Of a stretch of DNA of 64,000 nucleotides, positions 36,813-49,395 are shown in pieces. Both the position numbers and the translations under genes were made by a program. Source of the DNA: Phoronis australis (lineage: Eukaryota; Animalia; Phoronida); the NCBI GenBank assembly GCA_002633005.1, contig NMRA01000301.1, positions 372,001 to 436,000 of the forward strand, written 5' to 3'. The notes below the pieces were generated by a model. It worked only from the letters and a program-made list of their open reading frames with translations, was not told the origin of the DNA and searched no databases. Position 1 is the stretch's first letter; the number at the start of each line of letters is the position of its first letter.

Positions 36813-39729
36813 AGATTGTTCCTTTAATCTCGGTAGATTCGCATTAAAACTGGAACCACTGAGGTAGGGGACACCAATCATCGTTTACAAAAGTAAAATG
36901 ATTATTCATCGTTGTATGCTTCCTCCAGAACAGCAATTCGACGAATTTTTGCACATGTGACAGGCTCTTTCTGATAGCCAGAAAACTGATCATTGAGACG
37001 GAGGCAGTCTGGCACATTTAGAAAATCTTGTTAACATTAACTTTACCTGTTGGATATGCTTGATAATGTTACAAGGGTGTTTATTCTCTGAACGCACTGG
37101 CGTATATCACATCATTTGCTGTTACTTGGGGCGTTGTAAGATAGCGGAGCCCAGTGAGTAACCGCTTATTTGTCTGCCCCTCCCGTGATCTCCACTAATT
37201 TCGCACCGACTTGCCAAAATGAACAGTACCAGCGAGTGTCAGTCAAAGATAAATAGGGTTTGTCAACGTTTACATTCTAGCTGTCATCGGGACAGACAGT
37301 TGTTTTAGAAGTCCATGTTTAATAGTTGCGTCGTTTTTAGAAAATTGCAACCAAGGCAACTCCCAACGGGATCTATACAACTTCAAAATTTATTTTCGGT
37401 TCATAGCCAACACCTAATTAGTGTCTGAAAGTATATCTGTGATCGTATTCTCAACAAACTTTCCATTTGTCAGACTAAAAAGCTATTTGTAAATGAGCTT
37501 CACATGTACCTGTTAGCATTATGGTACGGTTAGCTATGGCATCTTTTCCGGTACGAAATGCTTACCAACAGACGTTGCTGTCTCCGCAGAAGGCTTGATG
37601 TCGGAATGGCAGGAAGAAGTGTTCAATTACCGACAGACGGCGCTCATGTCGCCAAGGGCAGTAATGCAAGACAAAAATTGAGGCCCAACTTGCAATAGAG
37701 GAATACATAGATTTCTGTCGGTTTAAGGGAGAAACACTTCTTACTTCAAGCTACATGCGCCTTGTTTAGTCAAATAAAAACAGAAATCGAATTAGACCAA
37801 ATACTCTCGTAAAATCGGTCTCACAATATTCGAATTCTTACCGTGATGCCTAGGCGTGATAGATGTCGATTTTCGTTACCAACTCAAGTCATACGTCATT
37901 TTCAAATTCACAATTTTACGGTTGGCCAATCTCTTACGGAAATAGACAGCTATCGCGACAAGGAACGAGACCAATGTTATGGGCGTAAAAGCCCAATTCG
38001 GTTTTTCGCTTTTTATCCCGCTAATCAGGGCAACATGCACGACAGCGATTGGTAGATAGATGTCATAGATTATTTAGCCACTCCACATGGTGTTACATTG
38101 TATTGCTTATTGAGCAACTCTCCATAGTGTTACACTGTGACCGGTGATTGGTAGATAGATGTATAGTTTACTGAGCCACTCTACATGGTGTTATAGTGTG
38201 ACCAGCTTGAAGGCCAAGAGACTGACAGAAAGCTTTGGGAGGCATTTATACATGTACGAAAGATATCTTTGAAAGTTATAAGGATTGTTATTGTTCAAAA
38301 GATAGAAAATTAATTACTACGAAGTGTAGTTGCATAATTCAATTTTATTTAAGTACTTAAACAAAGTAATGTTAGCTCAGTGGACAGTCAGTGGTGGGAT
38401 TTTGAATTTTCACAGTAAGTGATCGCTAACACGGTTAGTAAATAACTAATTCTTAGCACTAACGTAAGCAGTCTTGTGTTGTGCATGCCATATTGTAACT
38501 CGATATCATCAACTTTTAAATGCACGCAGTCGAACAATCCTTGAAATCAATGCATGGGAGTGTTTCTATTTTTCCTGCTATGGTTAATAGGGATCGATTG
38601 CTGTTTACCAATTTTGGAATTAAGTGTCCTAGACAGTTATGTGTTAATGCGTTATTTCTTACACTGAATGGGTTGTGAAACCGACGGACTTACATGTAAC
38701 TACGGGTTTGCTGTGATACACGGATTCAAATGAGCAGGGATTATGGCTGTTTTCCGAGTAATTATTGTCAAATAAATGTTTTAAGCATGAAAGCTCTTGT
38801 GAAAGCAGTAATGCATTTCCGTTGGTAATTTTGTCAGTGAATTTAAAACAGATTCAGTGCTGCATTCCAACAAGGGTTTTTCGTGTCAGCCTTAGACTTG
38901 CTGTGGTCCGTGTGGCGAAGTTAGTGCTTATGTATGATTTCTATTTTGTTGGATATGACATCTTGAAGATGTCGGAGAATTAAGGCACCTTAAATGAAGA
39001 CTAGGAAGTTAGTCTTGTAAAGAAGACAAGAACCACGTGTTTTAGACAACCCATCGTCAACGCCTTGAGTGTGAAACTTGGATTGCTATCAAAAGTTTTA
39101 TTCCTATGACTCATGTTGCGACAAATTTCAGCTCAGAACCATTGAATTGAAGTTAAGATATTCAGTTTTCATCGAAATGTTTTTGTAAAAGGTGAAAAAG
39201 AACACATTTTGCTCTGTAAATATTTAAGGACAGCTTAAGTCAATCAATCACAAAGTTCACGGTTCTGGAAATTGGAGTTGAAACCGTTGGAACAAATGAC
39301 ACACGTGACGTCAGCGCCCATTATGATCTCAAGATTTGGTTGTCATTAACATAAACAACGAAGCGGCACAAGTATTGACTGACAACTGTGGGGGACTGTC
39401 TTTCGACCCAGAGAAGGCTGTAACCGAGTGCATTCCAATTTTTGGAACGAACGGATCACTGAGGTGCGGAGTTCGAAAGCGCATGAACGAAAACAAAAAC
39501 AAAGTAGTCCCCAGGGGCACTAACCCGGATGAAAAGCTTGCCATCTAATGGATAGTTGGGGACGGTGCAGCTAAATGAATTTCCCTTGCAACGAATGGTG
39601 ACTCAGGTTCAGTTATCTTTACACAAAAAGCTTCCATAATCTCTTATCACAGAGTAGTAACAGAACCCCACATAATCCCGTACTGCTGAACCTGGTATAC
39701 AGTACACGACCACGGTCATGTATTGGAGT

Positions 39730-39781
39730 ATGGACTTGTAATCGAATATAAGGCTGGCCTTATGTTCGAATACAAGTCCAT
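39730..39781. repeat. Near-perfect 52-bp palindrome
   Basis: ATGGACTTGTAATCGAATATAAGGC-TG-GCCTTATGTTCGAATACAAGTCCAT (23/25 match). Confidence 0.9.
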
Positions 39782-41411
39782 GTATTCAGAGTAATCAGTA
39801 TGCTGGTGTAAAACATACACGAAAGCATCAAATTCGAATATTAGGTTCGCAACGCTTGTTCATTTTTCTACAATTTATTCAACATTTTCGTGGAATGATT
39901 TTAGCCAACCAATATTCTATTAATGTTGACACAAGTATACTTAATATTTTGGCCTTGACAGATTTGCAGAAAACAAGGAAAATCATGATGAATAACCTTA
40001 TATCTGCAGAAACAGTATGGCCTTACATTCATTTCGCTCAAGCATCAAACTCACTTCACCAAGGTAGGCCAATTAAGATGCTGGTGCCCGGTTTGTTTAA
40101 TTAAAGTGAAAAAGATGCAGAAGTTGAATCAACCAAATGCTCAAGCAGGCACATTGCGGGCCACTAATCACTGATACGGGCGAAATCAAGCTGAAACGTA
40201 CACACACTATCTGAGACACTGCGCACTCGTAATGTGGCCGCCCGTAGTAAAGGTACAGGTGTATTCCAACTTGCTCACCGTGCCACCCAGTGTACTATTC
40301 ACATATACCGTGCATTATATTGCCTGTGTAGTGCTATGTATGGCTTTATGCGCCATTTCCCAAATGTCGTGCGATACATCTCTACCGTTTAAAGGTTAAA
40401 AATAATACGACACACGGCGCATTGCTCGATAAATCGTACACTAGGTAATTACATGATCGTGGCCACACCTATATATTCCGTCAAAATTGTTCGTTTTGCA
40501 TGCATGTACGCTTGGCCATTTTCACCTGCATGACTGCTCATATTAATCCAAATACGGCGGTAATGAGTAAATCATTCAATGTAAGGAACGTAAGTTGTAC
40601 AACCTATCCGACAAAATAACCATAAAACAAAATTTTAGGTCACATCCCAAACCTTAAAAGTTGTCCAGGGCTTTCTCGGTCATGGTGAACCACGAATGGC
40701 TGGAATAAACTACAAAAACTACATACATGATGAGCAACTCGAGTTGACGGGCTGATTTACATGTAAGGTCGCTGTATGACGTAACAAAACGTGAATTAAC
40801 TAGAGAGTACAGCATGTAGTTGACCAAAGAGACGGAAAGAAAGTTAATTGGGACCTAATACAAAAATCATGTTAATTGCAAGATTCTAATGCAATAAAGC
40901 ATAAATAATTTATTTTATCGGGAAGTGAAGTTCAATGTACATGACTGTATTTCATGAAGCTCAGACAAAACGAAGTTTAGCTTGCTTGGGGATGGGGGAA
41001 TAGCAGTATAGGGCCGAAGGAGCATTAATTTCAGGCATCGGCTGAAGACAGAGGAATATATGGCTCCGGAATATCGTCGCAGCCGCGATTTGTGACATCA
41101 AGAGGTTAAGGCGGTCGAAAGAATTTAATTTTCAAGATACTCGTAACAAGCAATGTTTCATGAGTGTCCCTATCTACGGAAATGTCTATTTGTCAAGTTC
41201 CCAGGAGAATCATTAGATGAGCAAGGGCTTACGTGTAGTTTCTATAGAAGGACTGTTATGAAAACGTCAAAGAATGTCAAACGCCTCTGAAAAATGAAAT
41301 TTGTCAAAGCTCTTCTCATGCGAAGACGAGTATGTCGTCTGCAATTTGTGAGAATACAACATTAGAAGCACATTAAATCCTTTCAATTACAATTAAGCAA
41401 TTGTAACACAT

Positions 41412-41417
41412 TTTATT
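41412..41417 (-). terminator. Candidate polyadenylation signal for paralog 2
   Basis: AATAAA on the minus strand about 60 nt after the TGA. Confidence 0.45.
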
Positions 41418-41475
41418 TCTGTAACGTACAAAAACGCAACAAGAACTGCATTGTAAACAAGGGCGACTTTTCGTC

Positions 41476-43041
41476 TCACATGGCAACAGGTCGATCTTTG
41501 TTAACATTTGCGTTCAAGTTCAGCCTAAGAGACCACCGCGAGACAAATAGATGAAGCGCCAGGAACACAGTGAAAACTATGACGGAAGAGGCAAGTACAA
41601 CGTAAACTACGCTGATAGGCCCGTACGTGTCTAGCACAAGGCCAGTGAGCGGCGTCATTGACATGGAAGAAATTGCGAAAGTGCCAATGATGCAAGCGGA
41701 CACCACACCGTCGACGACGAGGTACATGTTGAGGAACGCGAATCCGGCAGCAGCAAAGGATCCCAATCCGAGACCAGCTATTGCCATAGCAACCCACGTG
41801 ACCGCTTCGTGCACGTTTATCAATGAGATTAAGATAATGTAGCCGACGCAGATGAGAGACGAGTCTAAATATATTATATGAATGGGGGTAAGCAACCGAG
41901 ATAAAAATATACCCAGGAACCTACCGACACCAAATACCCCCCAAAATAATGAAGTTATTAGGGGGCCTTTATACTTATCCCATTTTAAGCCATCAACCAC
42001 GAACGTGGCCAGCAAACTACCAGATGAATACTCTAAATTGTTGTAGAAGAACATGACGAGAACCATTCCAACTAGCATAACAGATTTGAACAGGCGCGTC
42101 TGTTTTAACGTCCGTTCAACAGGTAGTTTCTTCTTGAAAGTCTTTTTTCTCATAACACGCCATCCATCCATTTTTAACGCTGCAATGTATAGGGCAACGG
42201 TTATTAGAGTCAGAACGCCAATGGCCAGAAAACCGTATTGTATTTTCGTTTCTTGATCGGTGGAATCTGTGGCATACGTTGTGTTAAAAAAACCTGAAAA
42301 GTTCGCGACCAACACCAAATCTGCTGCCGGCATTGAACTCGCATTAGAATTATTGGAAAATGGCTCCATCTCGTTACGCTCAGACAAGAAGGGTTCTATG
42401 AGAGCTGGAGATATGGTAGCACCTATTGACCAGACAAAGTGAGCTGCTTGCAACACAGAATGCTGGTGTTTGCTATGTTGCCAAAGACTCAACACCGTCA
42501 CTTGAACATTGCAGTTGATGCTCGCCATGCACAATGCCATAGGAATCATAAAGAAACAAAACACGGCCAAGTTCTGCGCCCAGACAGACATTATGTAGCA
42601 GATGGTCATTCCCAGCGAAGCGACTAGAAAGAAAAATGCGTCCGATAGTCTTGCTATGAGGTAGCCTGAGATAACAGTTCCGCCTAGCATCCCAGCGCTA
42701 ATACATGTGAATACGAGTAAGATCTCTCTCCTGTCCGTGTTAAGCCATTCTTTGAGATCAATCAAAGACGGCCCTATTGATGCTGACAGAATCCCCATAC
42801 TCAGATATGCGGCATAAGCACACGTGGTAAAATACACTCTATTGAAATTGTTCCTTCTCGTAGCTACGTCACACGTAATATCCGGTTCCTGCGCGTGCAC
42901 CCAGGCAACCCGTTCTTGGCTATCGGAATTCCCATGACCTCGTTGCAAAGGTGTTTCTTTGTCATCTTTGTCTGTGTTTGAAGCTTCTGTGCATAGAGGG
43001 CACAGCTGCTGTTGAGTTCCATCTTTAATTTCGTTATTCAT
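41476..43041 (-). CDS. MFS transporter, MFSD4/NaGLT1 family, paralog 2; single coding exon, probable start MNNEIK (521 aa)
   Basis: Same motifs (MGILSASIGPSLIDL, LQAAHFVWSIGATISP, TSLFWGVFGVGRF). The ORF-track start at 43077 lies upstream of an acceptor TTATTGCAG| (AG at 43056-43055) that sits 13 nt before the ATG at 43041, as in paralog 1. Confidence 0.9.
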   Translation of the reverse strand: MNNEIKDGTQQQLCPLCTEASNTDKDDKETPLQRGHGNSDSQERVAWVHAQEPDITCDVATRRNNFNRVYFTTCAYAAYLSMGILSASIGPSLIDLKEWLNTDRREILLVFTCISAGMLGGTVISGYLIARLSDAFFFLVASLGMTICYIMSVWAQNLAVFCFFMIPMALCMASINCNVQVTVLSLWQHSKHQHSVLQAAHFVWSIGATISPALIEPFLSERNEMEPFSNNSNASSMPAADLVLVANFSGFFNTTYATDSTDQETKIQYGFLAIGVLTLITVALYIAALKMDGWRVMRKKTFKKKLPVERTLKQTRLFKSVMLVGMVLVMFFYNNLEYSSGSLLATFVVDGLKWDKYKGPLITSLFWGVFGVGRFLGIFLSRLLTPIHIIYLDSSLICVGYIILISLINVHEAVTWVAMAIAGLGLGSFAAAGFAFLNMYLVVDGVVSACIIGTFAISSMSMTPLTGLVLDTYGPISVVYVVLASSVIVFTVFLALHLFVSRWSLRLNLNANVNKDRPVAM

Positions 43042-46000
43042 AGCAGACGTCAACCTGCAATAATTGCATGACGTCATTGTAAATCATTGAGGGCCATATT
43101 GGTCCCACCAATACACTCACGATGGCAGAGTATAAAACAAAGTTAAAAGTTATGACAGGTTGACTTGAAAGAGAGCTCCGTTTGGTATAAAAACTGTCTA
43201 GCAGAGATAGGCAAGAAAGAGCTCACTAGTTCCCATTGTATTGAACAATTTTTCAACTGCAAAAATAGGTTATATTTATTACTCGGGATGGGGGGAGATG
43301 TCGAATTTATTACTCGAGGGTTGGCTAGATGTCGAATTTATTAATCGAGAAATTCGGAACATCTCGAATTTGTTCGCGCCACCTATAATTTTTGCCACGG
43401 TTACGAAAGAACTTTATAGTTAACCTGAGGTTATCTTGGCATTGTGTCAATTGCTGCAGCTATCAGGTCACGCGGGATGCTCTACATGTATTTGTATGAA
43501 AAAGGTTCAGCGAATATTAGATGTGTAGGTCAGCACAGGACAAGTTCTCCTTGTTCAGAACAATTTCTTTTATAACAAGAAAAAATCTAATGAGTTGCCC
43601 GTGCCACAAACCACTGCAGAGAATCTATCGTCCCCCAAGAGACTCACCTAGTCATTCGAGTTTCTGCATCAGGTCAATTAAAGGTCACCAACGCAGGCCT
43701 CTTATGGATGTTCAACCCAATATCTCCACGAATACCCAGCATTCTCAAGCGTACTTATGTAGTGAAATTCACTTGTACATGAAACTTGCACTTGGTGAAA
43801 AATGCGTCACTCAGCTCAGCAATGCCTTCATGGATCACTCGTAAGTGGGTGTGAAACAAGCAGATTTGGGCATTCCTACATGGAAAACTTGCTCACAAAT
43901 TTATGGGTTGAGCTGTATGCCTCTCTAACGCCTGGACTGGCCAAGGGCATGAACAATTTGCTGATCTTACCTATTACAGTATGCCCATTTTAGCAGCAGA
44001 CTTCCTCGGCCGAGTGTAAGGTTATCCAGCTGCAAAACACTTCATTGGCCTATTTTTGTGTTATCGATTATTATACAGAGCAAAACAGGTCAAACTTGAT
44101 GGCGGCAAGCTGAAGCACTGGACGCACAGTTGAAACTGATCTTGAAAGGTCACTGTTTTTCGTAGTCACGCTTCGGTTACTTCAAGGCCGAAATACCTGC
44201 AGTGTCCAGAACAGACCGAATTCAAAACCACAGGGTTCATTGCTCCACGTTTACGACGTGGATGTCATGTATTTTCCCACAAGTGTTAAGGATTCTCCCT
44301 AGCTTACGCACTGGGATCGATAAAAAACGCGGTCACCGTGAACATTGCGACCACTTTGAAAGCAGCACGGTAAGATTGTTTTTGGCAAACTAGTGACCCA
44401 TCTTTTAAAACAGCCAATTCCTTTACGAATCCTTACTGAACTCAAAACTGACGAAACGTCCGATAAGACGTCAGCCCATCGCGGTAGTGATTTAAAATGT
44501 CGATGAAAATGTTCCCTATTTAAGTTATCTCAAACAATATTTAGTGGCCTTCATTCTATGGCGTATATAAAAACTAATCTTTGTCAACCAGTAAAAGTAT
44601 ATATTTTCTGAAAGAAAAAAGATCAGGGAATATAAAAATATGTTTTGTATTTATTTACCATTATTATTGCGTTAACACCTTTTTAAAGTCGAAATTTCCT
44701 TTTTAAGAAAGGCACATTCATGGCAAACTAACCCCTGGGTCGGTGTTAATGAAACGTTTTTTAAATGAAGACTTCACCAGTTACCTCAAAATGCTGTTAG
44801 GAATTTTCGATTAGTCTTTTTCTTTGGTTTGCCATGACAAATCAAGTCGCAAAACGTAACGTATTTTTGTAAAAAATAGAAGTCGTATTCGCCTTTGTTA
44901 CATTACGCCAAAACTAGGCCTTCATATCAAAAATCCTAAACGTTTATTTGAGGTTGATTACTAAATATCAAGTTTGGAAAGTTTCAGCGAAATCCCGATC
45001 GTGTTGTTTTTGAGAACTCATGTACTAAGTTCAAATAAAGTTTTGTCTTTGTTTTCCCCGGCACCGTTCTATCATAAGAACCCGGTACACCTCGTTGACT
45101 CAATATTATGTCGATTCCGTGAATGAAAGGACTGATGGCACATACGAAGCTGCTTTGTACCTGGCAGGAGATTCGTTTTGGGTGACAGCCCTGTAACCTT
45201 TGACCTCGGATATGTAGTAAACAAATGTCCACGCGGTTGTGCGGTTCCAAGGTGGTTCTCATAATTCTTTTTTTTTCGCTACACGGTATATATTTTGTAT
45301 TTGAAGTTCCCCGAGAATTAAGATGAAGTATATTGCTGGATGCATGTGAAATATTGGTATAATGGACAATTTTTGTGAATAACGTTTGAGATAACTTTAA
45401 GGCAACCACGCACTGACGAACAGGGGTGGTGTCACTGCTTTTAACCTGGCTTAGCCTTTTAGCACTATTGTTCAGGTACATAGTTTATTTTTAATTCTGT
45501 CTTCTTTTAGTCTACAAGCCTTTATCGTGCAACTACCTGGTCATTTTGTAACATCTAGAACGGTTAAATAAACTATCTATCCATCTGCCTATTGTCCAAG
45601 AGACAATGCAATTTTTAATCAATAAAATAATTCAATAAATGAAAGGATTAAAATTTATTTCCCGACGTGGTTAGTTGATCTCGTCGTACAAATACTGAGC
45701 AGCCCAAGTTAAGGCAACGACATCAATAAAAAGGCCTGAAAATGCAAAATGCAATGTTTATGCGAAAGGTTATGAAAGAATTGGATATCCAGATGAATGC
45801 TATCCTACGGTTAAATACGTTTACACCGGCAGAAAATTTTGAAGAAAAAAGAACAAAAGATTTGATCAAAGTTCTAGATTTCCACGAAACGTATTGCCGT
45901 AAAGTCGCTTGCCATGAATCGTAAGAACGAATTACGCATTTTTGTGATTACTATTGGATGGAAAAGACTTCTTGAAGTTATTAACTTTGTCCAATTAAGC

Positions 46001-46856
46001 TACAAAACAACAAAAAATGTCTCTACTCTCACCTTTGTCTGTCAGACTTTTTACATCAAGACTCTTGACTTTACCACTTAACAACGATTAAAATACTCTG
46101 CCACTTAAAAAAGGTGCAGGTGGCCTGATGCCTTTTGCGGTACATCAAGCGTGTTTAGGCCACAAGGCCGGGCCCATTACACTAGTCACCTGATGACTCA
46201 TGGGGACACGACATCACCAGATTCCTCATGGGTGAAATCTTCCAATCTGCCTGTTTGTTTCAGAAAGACTATTAAAACTGTATGAACTAACACTGTTAAC
46301 CAGGCAGGTTATGTTTCCATCAAGTAGTAGATTACGGTCTCTATTGTAGGCAGGGCAAATCTCCACCAGATGTGAGGAGTCTCGGTCTCCAAGCCACAGT
46401 TGGGACACAATGAACATGCCATGTGGCCTGTGATGTTGCGGTGCCGAGCTAAGTTGCAGTGTCCAGTAATAACCTGGATTAGCTGCCTTATAGCAAGCCT
46501 ATCTAAACATAACCGTTTCTTTGAACCATTGATTTTGGTTCAATAGGACTTGGAAAAAGTTGTTAGGTTTGTCTGCAGGCAGAGAGCTTTATATCCACGC
46601 ATCCACGGACAGTTTACATACCCAGCGTCTTACCTTTGCTCTGCAGCACCTATAGGCAACTGGTATGCAAGGTTCTGGTACACAACAGGGTGCACTTGCT
46701 CCTCCTTTTTCAAGTTTGTCAGCAGTTTCGTTACCGTCAATGCTAACTTGGGCTTTACCCCAGTTCACATGAACAGTTCTGCTAGCTGATAGGTAAGCTT
46801 GTTTACACAGGCCAAGACACAATGGGAGTTGACCTTGGGCTTAGTTAGAGCTTTAA

Positions 46857-48537
46857 AGGAGCATGCCACCCAAAAAACAACCTACTTTGTATCAATTTAT
46901 ATCGAGTAGTTCTACTCCGAGTAATTCTACTCCATAAGGTCACATACGGTTGCGTTACCTGACATCTGACGGCAGACGGAGGTGTTGAAATTATCCAATG
47001 TCGTAGTTGGTTTCACACGCTCTCTGTTCAGCAGTTCAAAACACGCGTTACTGGTGTTAGCTTATTGCTTGAATTCATCGTTTAACACCAATAAATCGTC
47101 AAACTTCGATGTAAAACCCTTAAAAATACACCGGGTTCTTATAAAAACGTGTTGTTTTATTTCGCTGTTACGGATTTATTGGTGTTCGGACACACCCTGG
47201 CCGTAGCCTACAAAATGAGTTCGGCAGGCTAATAAGGTCCGTAGCGGGAGTTTGGGGACTGTTTGGAGATAAATTCTAAATATTTTTCCGTGAGATACAG
47301 ACAGGAGAACTTAGATCTGTGTTGTTGTTCTAAACACACAAAACGATTGTTATCCTGGCCAGTGGCTCGGAGCCCGATCAGGCCCGTCGCCACCGGCGGG
47401 ACTGACTCGTTATCCCGGCCAGTGGTTCGGAAGCCGATCAGACATCACGAACATAAACAATCCAAAGTTGGCAACTAAACTTCCAGTCAAGAAATATTAG
47501 TGAGCCAAAGACGTAAAGTGTACGTGATTATGTTGGTGAATTGGCCACGAAACTGCAAATCTACTTTCTCGTCGGGGGCCGCGAAGTCAGGTTCCGCTTT
47601 CAAGTTGGCCACAGAACCTTCACGGCAGAAGTTTTACATTGACTGGCATTATTTGAATATTGTAAATGTAAATAAAGATTCCACTAACGCCGTGGGATAA
47701 AAATCGAGTTGTTTCACAACAGTTTCTGTCAGCAAACACTGAATTAGTAGCATGACTGAGCTCAAACGGCCTCGGTATCCCGTCAACTAGCCGGTTTTAT
47801 TACACATAAAGCCGTTAACTCAGTGATTTATTCATTGATGGCTTCTCAAATCATTTGCACTCACGGACACCCCAAAGGCATTCCAAATTGTATCTAATGA
47901 GACAGACTTTGTTTCAGTTTCATATAAGTATTGGTATAAGGGTGAGAATAATTCATTTTGAAATAGAACGCTCGATCAGTAATAAACGTCAACACGGCAA
48001 CTCACAATCCCGACTTAGACGAGAGCTCATCCCAACGGAGACTTCGCTGGTGGATCGTTAAGTTTCACAAGCTATCAGTTCGAACAGGAATAAGAGGTGC
48101 CACGAACAAGCTCAGACAACGGAACGTATGGATAGTTATTTGGTAAGCCGGCATTCGTCAGGCACTGTCCCGCGACGACTGCAGGCCACAGACACGGAGA
48201 TGTTTCACGGCCTCATACTTGCTATTTACAGCGTACTTTTAATTCTTCACTATCGCGAGCCACTTCCTAAGCATTTCGGACTCTCAAGGAAGCCGAAAAA
48301 ACGATAATACCCGCTTTCCTTGCAGCTGCATAGTTCGGACAAGCGGGAACGATGCACCGCAACACAGCGGCATTAACTCTGCAAATGAACCACTGACGTC
48401 GCTGCGTCGTTTCTCACCTTCCTCACAGGTTAACGCGACACCTCTCGGCAAGGTAAGGTCGACCGTATGCAAGGCGATGTGGATATAGACCGATTAAGAC
48501 GGCAAAAACGACTAATTAAATCGGGTGGCATTCTCCT
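46857..48537. mobile_element. 1.68-kb Kolobok-like non-autonomous element inserted in the LINE RNase H
   Basis: TTAA|AGGAGCATGCCACCC ... GGGTGGCATTCTCCT|TTAA (14/15 TIR match). Removing it restores SDSQAAIKALT. Confidence 0.92.
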
Positions 48538-49317
48538 TTAATAGCTGCTTGACTGTCTGAGAGTATGAAGAGTTCCTTGTTTCCAAGGACTGCTTCATGA
48601 TCCCTTGCCAGTTGGGCAGCCTGGTGAATGGCAACAATTTCAGCCTGAAAGACTGTAACGGTGTTACCCAGTGAGATCCAGCAGCTTTCTTTGTCGTCAC
48701 CTGCAAGGTCTGGAAAGTAAATTCCTGATCTTGGCTGTCCGTTGTCAAGTTTGGAGCCATCAGTGTAACAAACGGACTGTTGGTCATAGCAATCAATGAC
48801 TTCGTGACCATCTCCAATTTCTGTATAGAAATTGTGTCTGTGATGTAAGATCGTCACTAAAACATCACTTGGCATAGCCAAATGTGTTCCAGTTTCTGAC
48901 ATTAACCTGTTGCATACATTAACATGGCTCTTACGAGCAACAGTATCAGTGATTCGCGCATTACTCCACTGCCCATTACACCTCATACGGTAAGCTGCAA
49001 GCACAGCTTCACCGCTGAGGTAAATACGCAGGGGTGGCAAACCAATAAGCATTTCCACTGGAGCTGTAGGTGTCCCTAGAAAAGCAGAAGTAACACACAA
49101 GCAAGCTAAACGCTGTATTTGTGTCAGTTTAGTTCTAACAGTGCTCTGTTCAAGAGATGTTATCCATATTGATGCCGCGTAAGCTAACATCGGTCTGATA
49201 ACACCAATATAGATCCAGAGAGAATTCTTGAGAGAAAGTCCCCAAGTTTTACCCACTACTCGGCAACACCTTACCAGGGCCGACTTGGCCTTGGTTATCT
49301 TGTTCATCACGTGAGGT

Positions 49318-49395
49318 CTGGGAAGGGGATTAATGCATCAGCATATCCCCAATGATCCTGTCCGTGACAGGTATTACAGGTATTACAGGTATTAC
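49318..49395 (+). mobile_element. 78-bp 5'-truncated retroposon with 13-bp TSD
   Basis: TSD CATCACGTGAGGT at 49305-49317 and 49396-49408; tail (CAGGTATTA)x3. Removing it restores LSWTPHVMNK in the host LINE. Confidence 0.92.

Noticed and set aside
38371-38430. TAGCTCAGTGG as a tRNA or SINE A-box
   Set aside because: No B-box (GTTCRA) or cloverleaf follows.
43042-43077. First 12 codons (MTSCNYCRLTSA) of paralog 2
   Set aside because: They span the splice acceptor equivalent to that of paralog 1, so they are probably intron plus UTR.
46190-46240. Hammerhead-like CTGATGA...GAAA at the LINE 3' end
   Set aside because: The stem pairs the last A of the core, stems I and III could not be built, and it is antisense to the LINE. 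More likely an ordinary 3' UTR hairpin.
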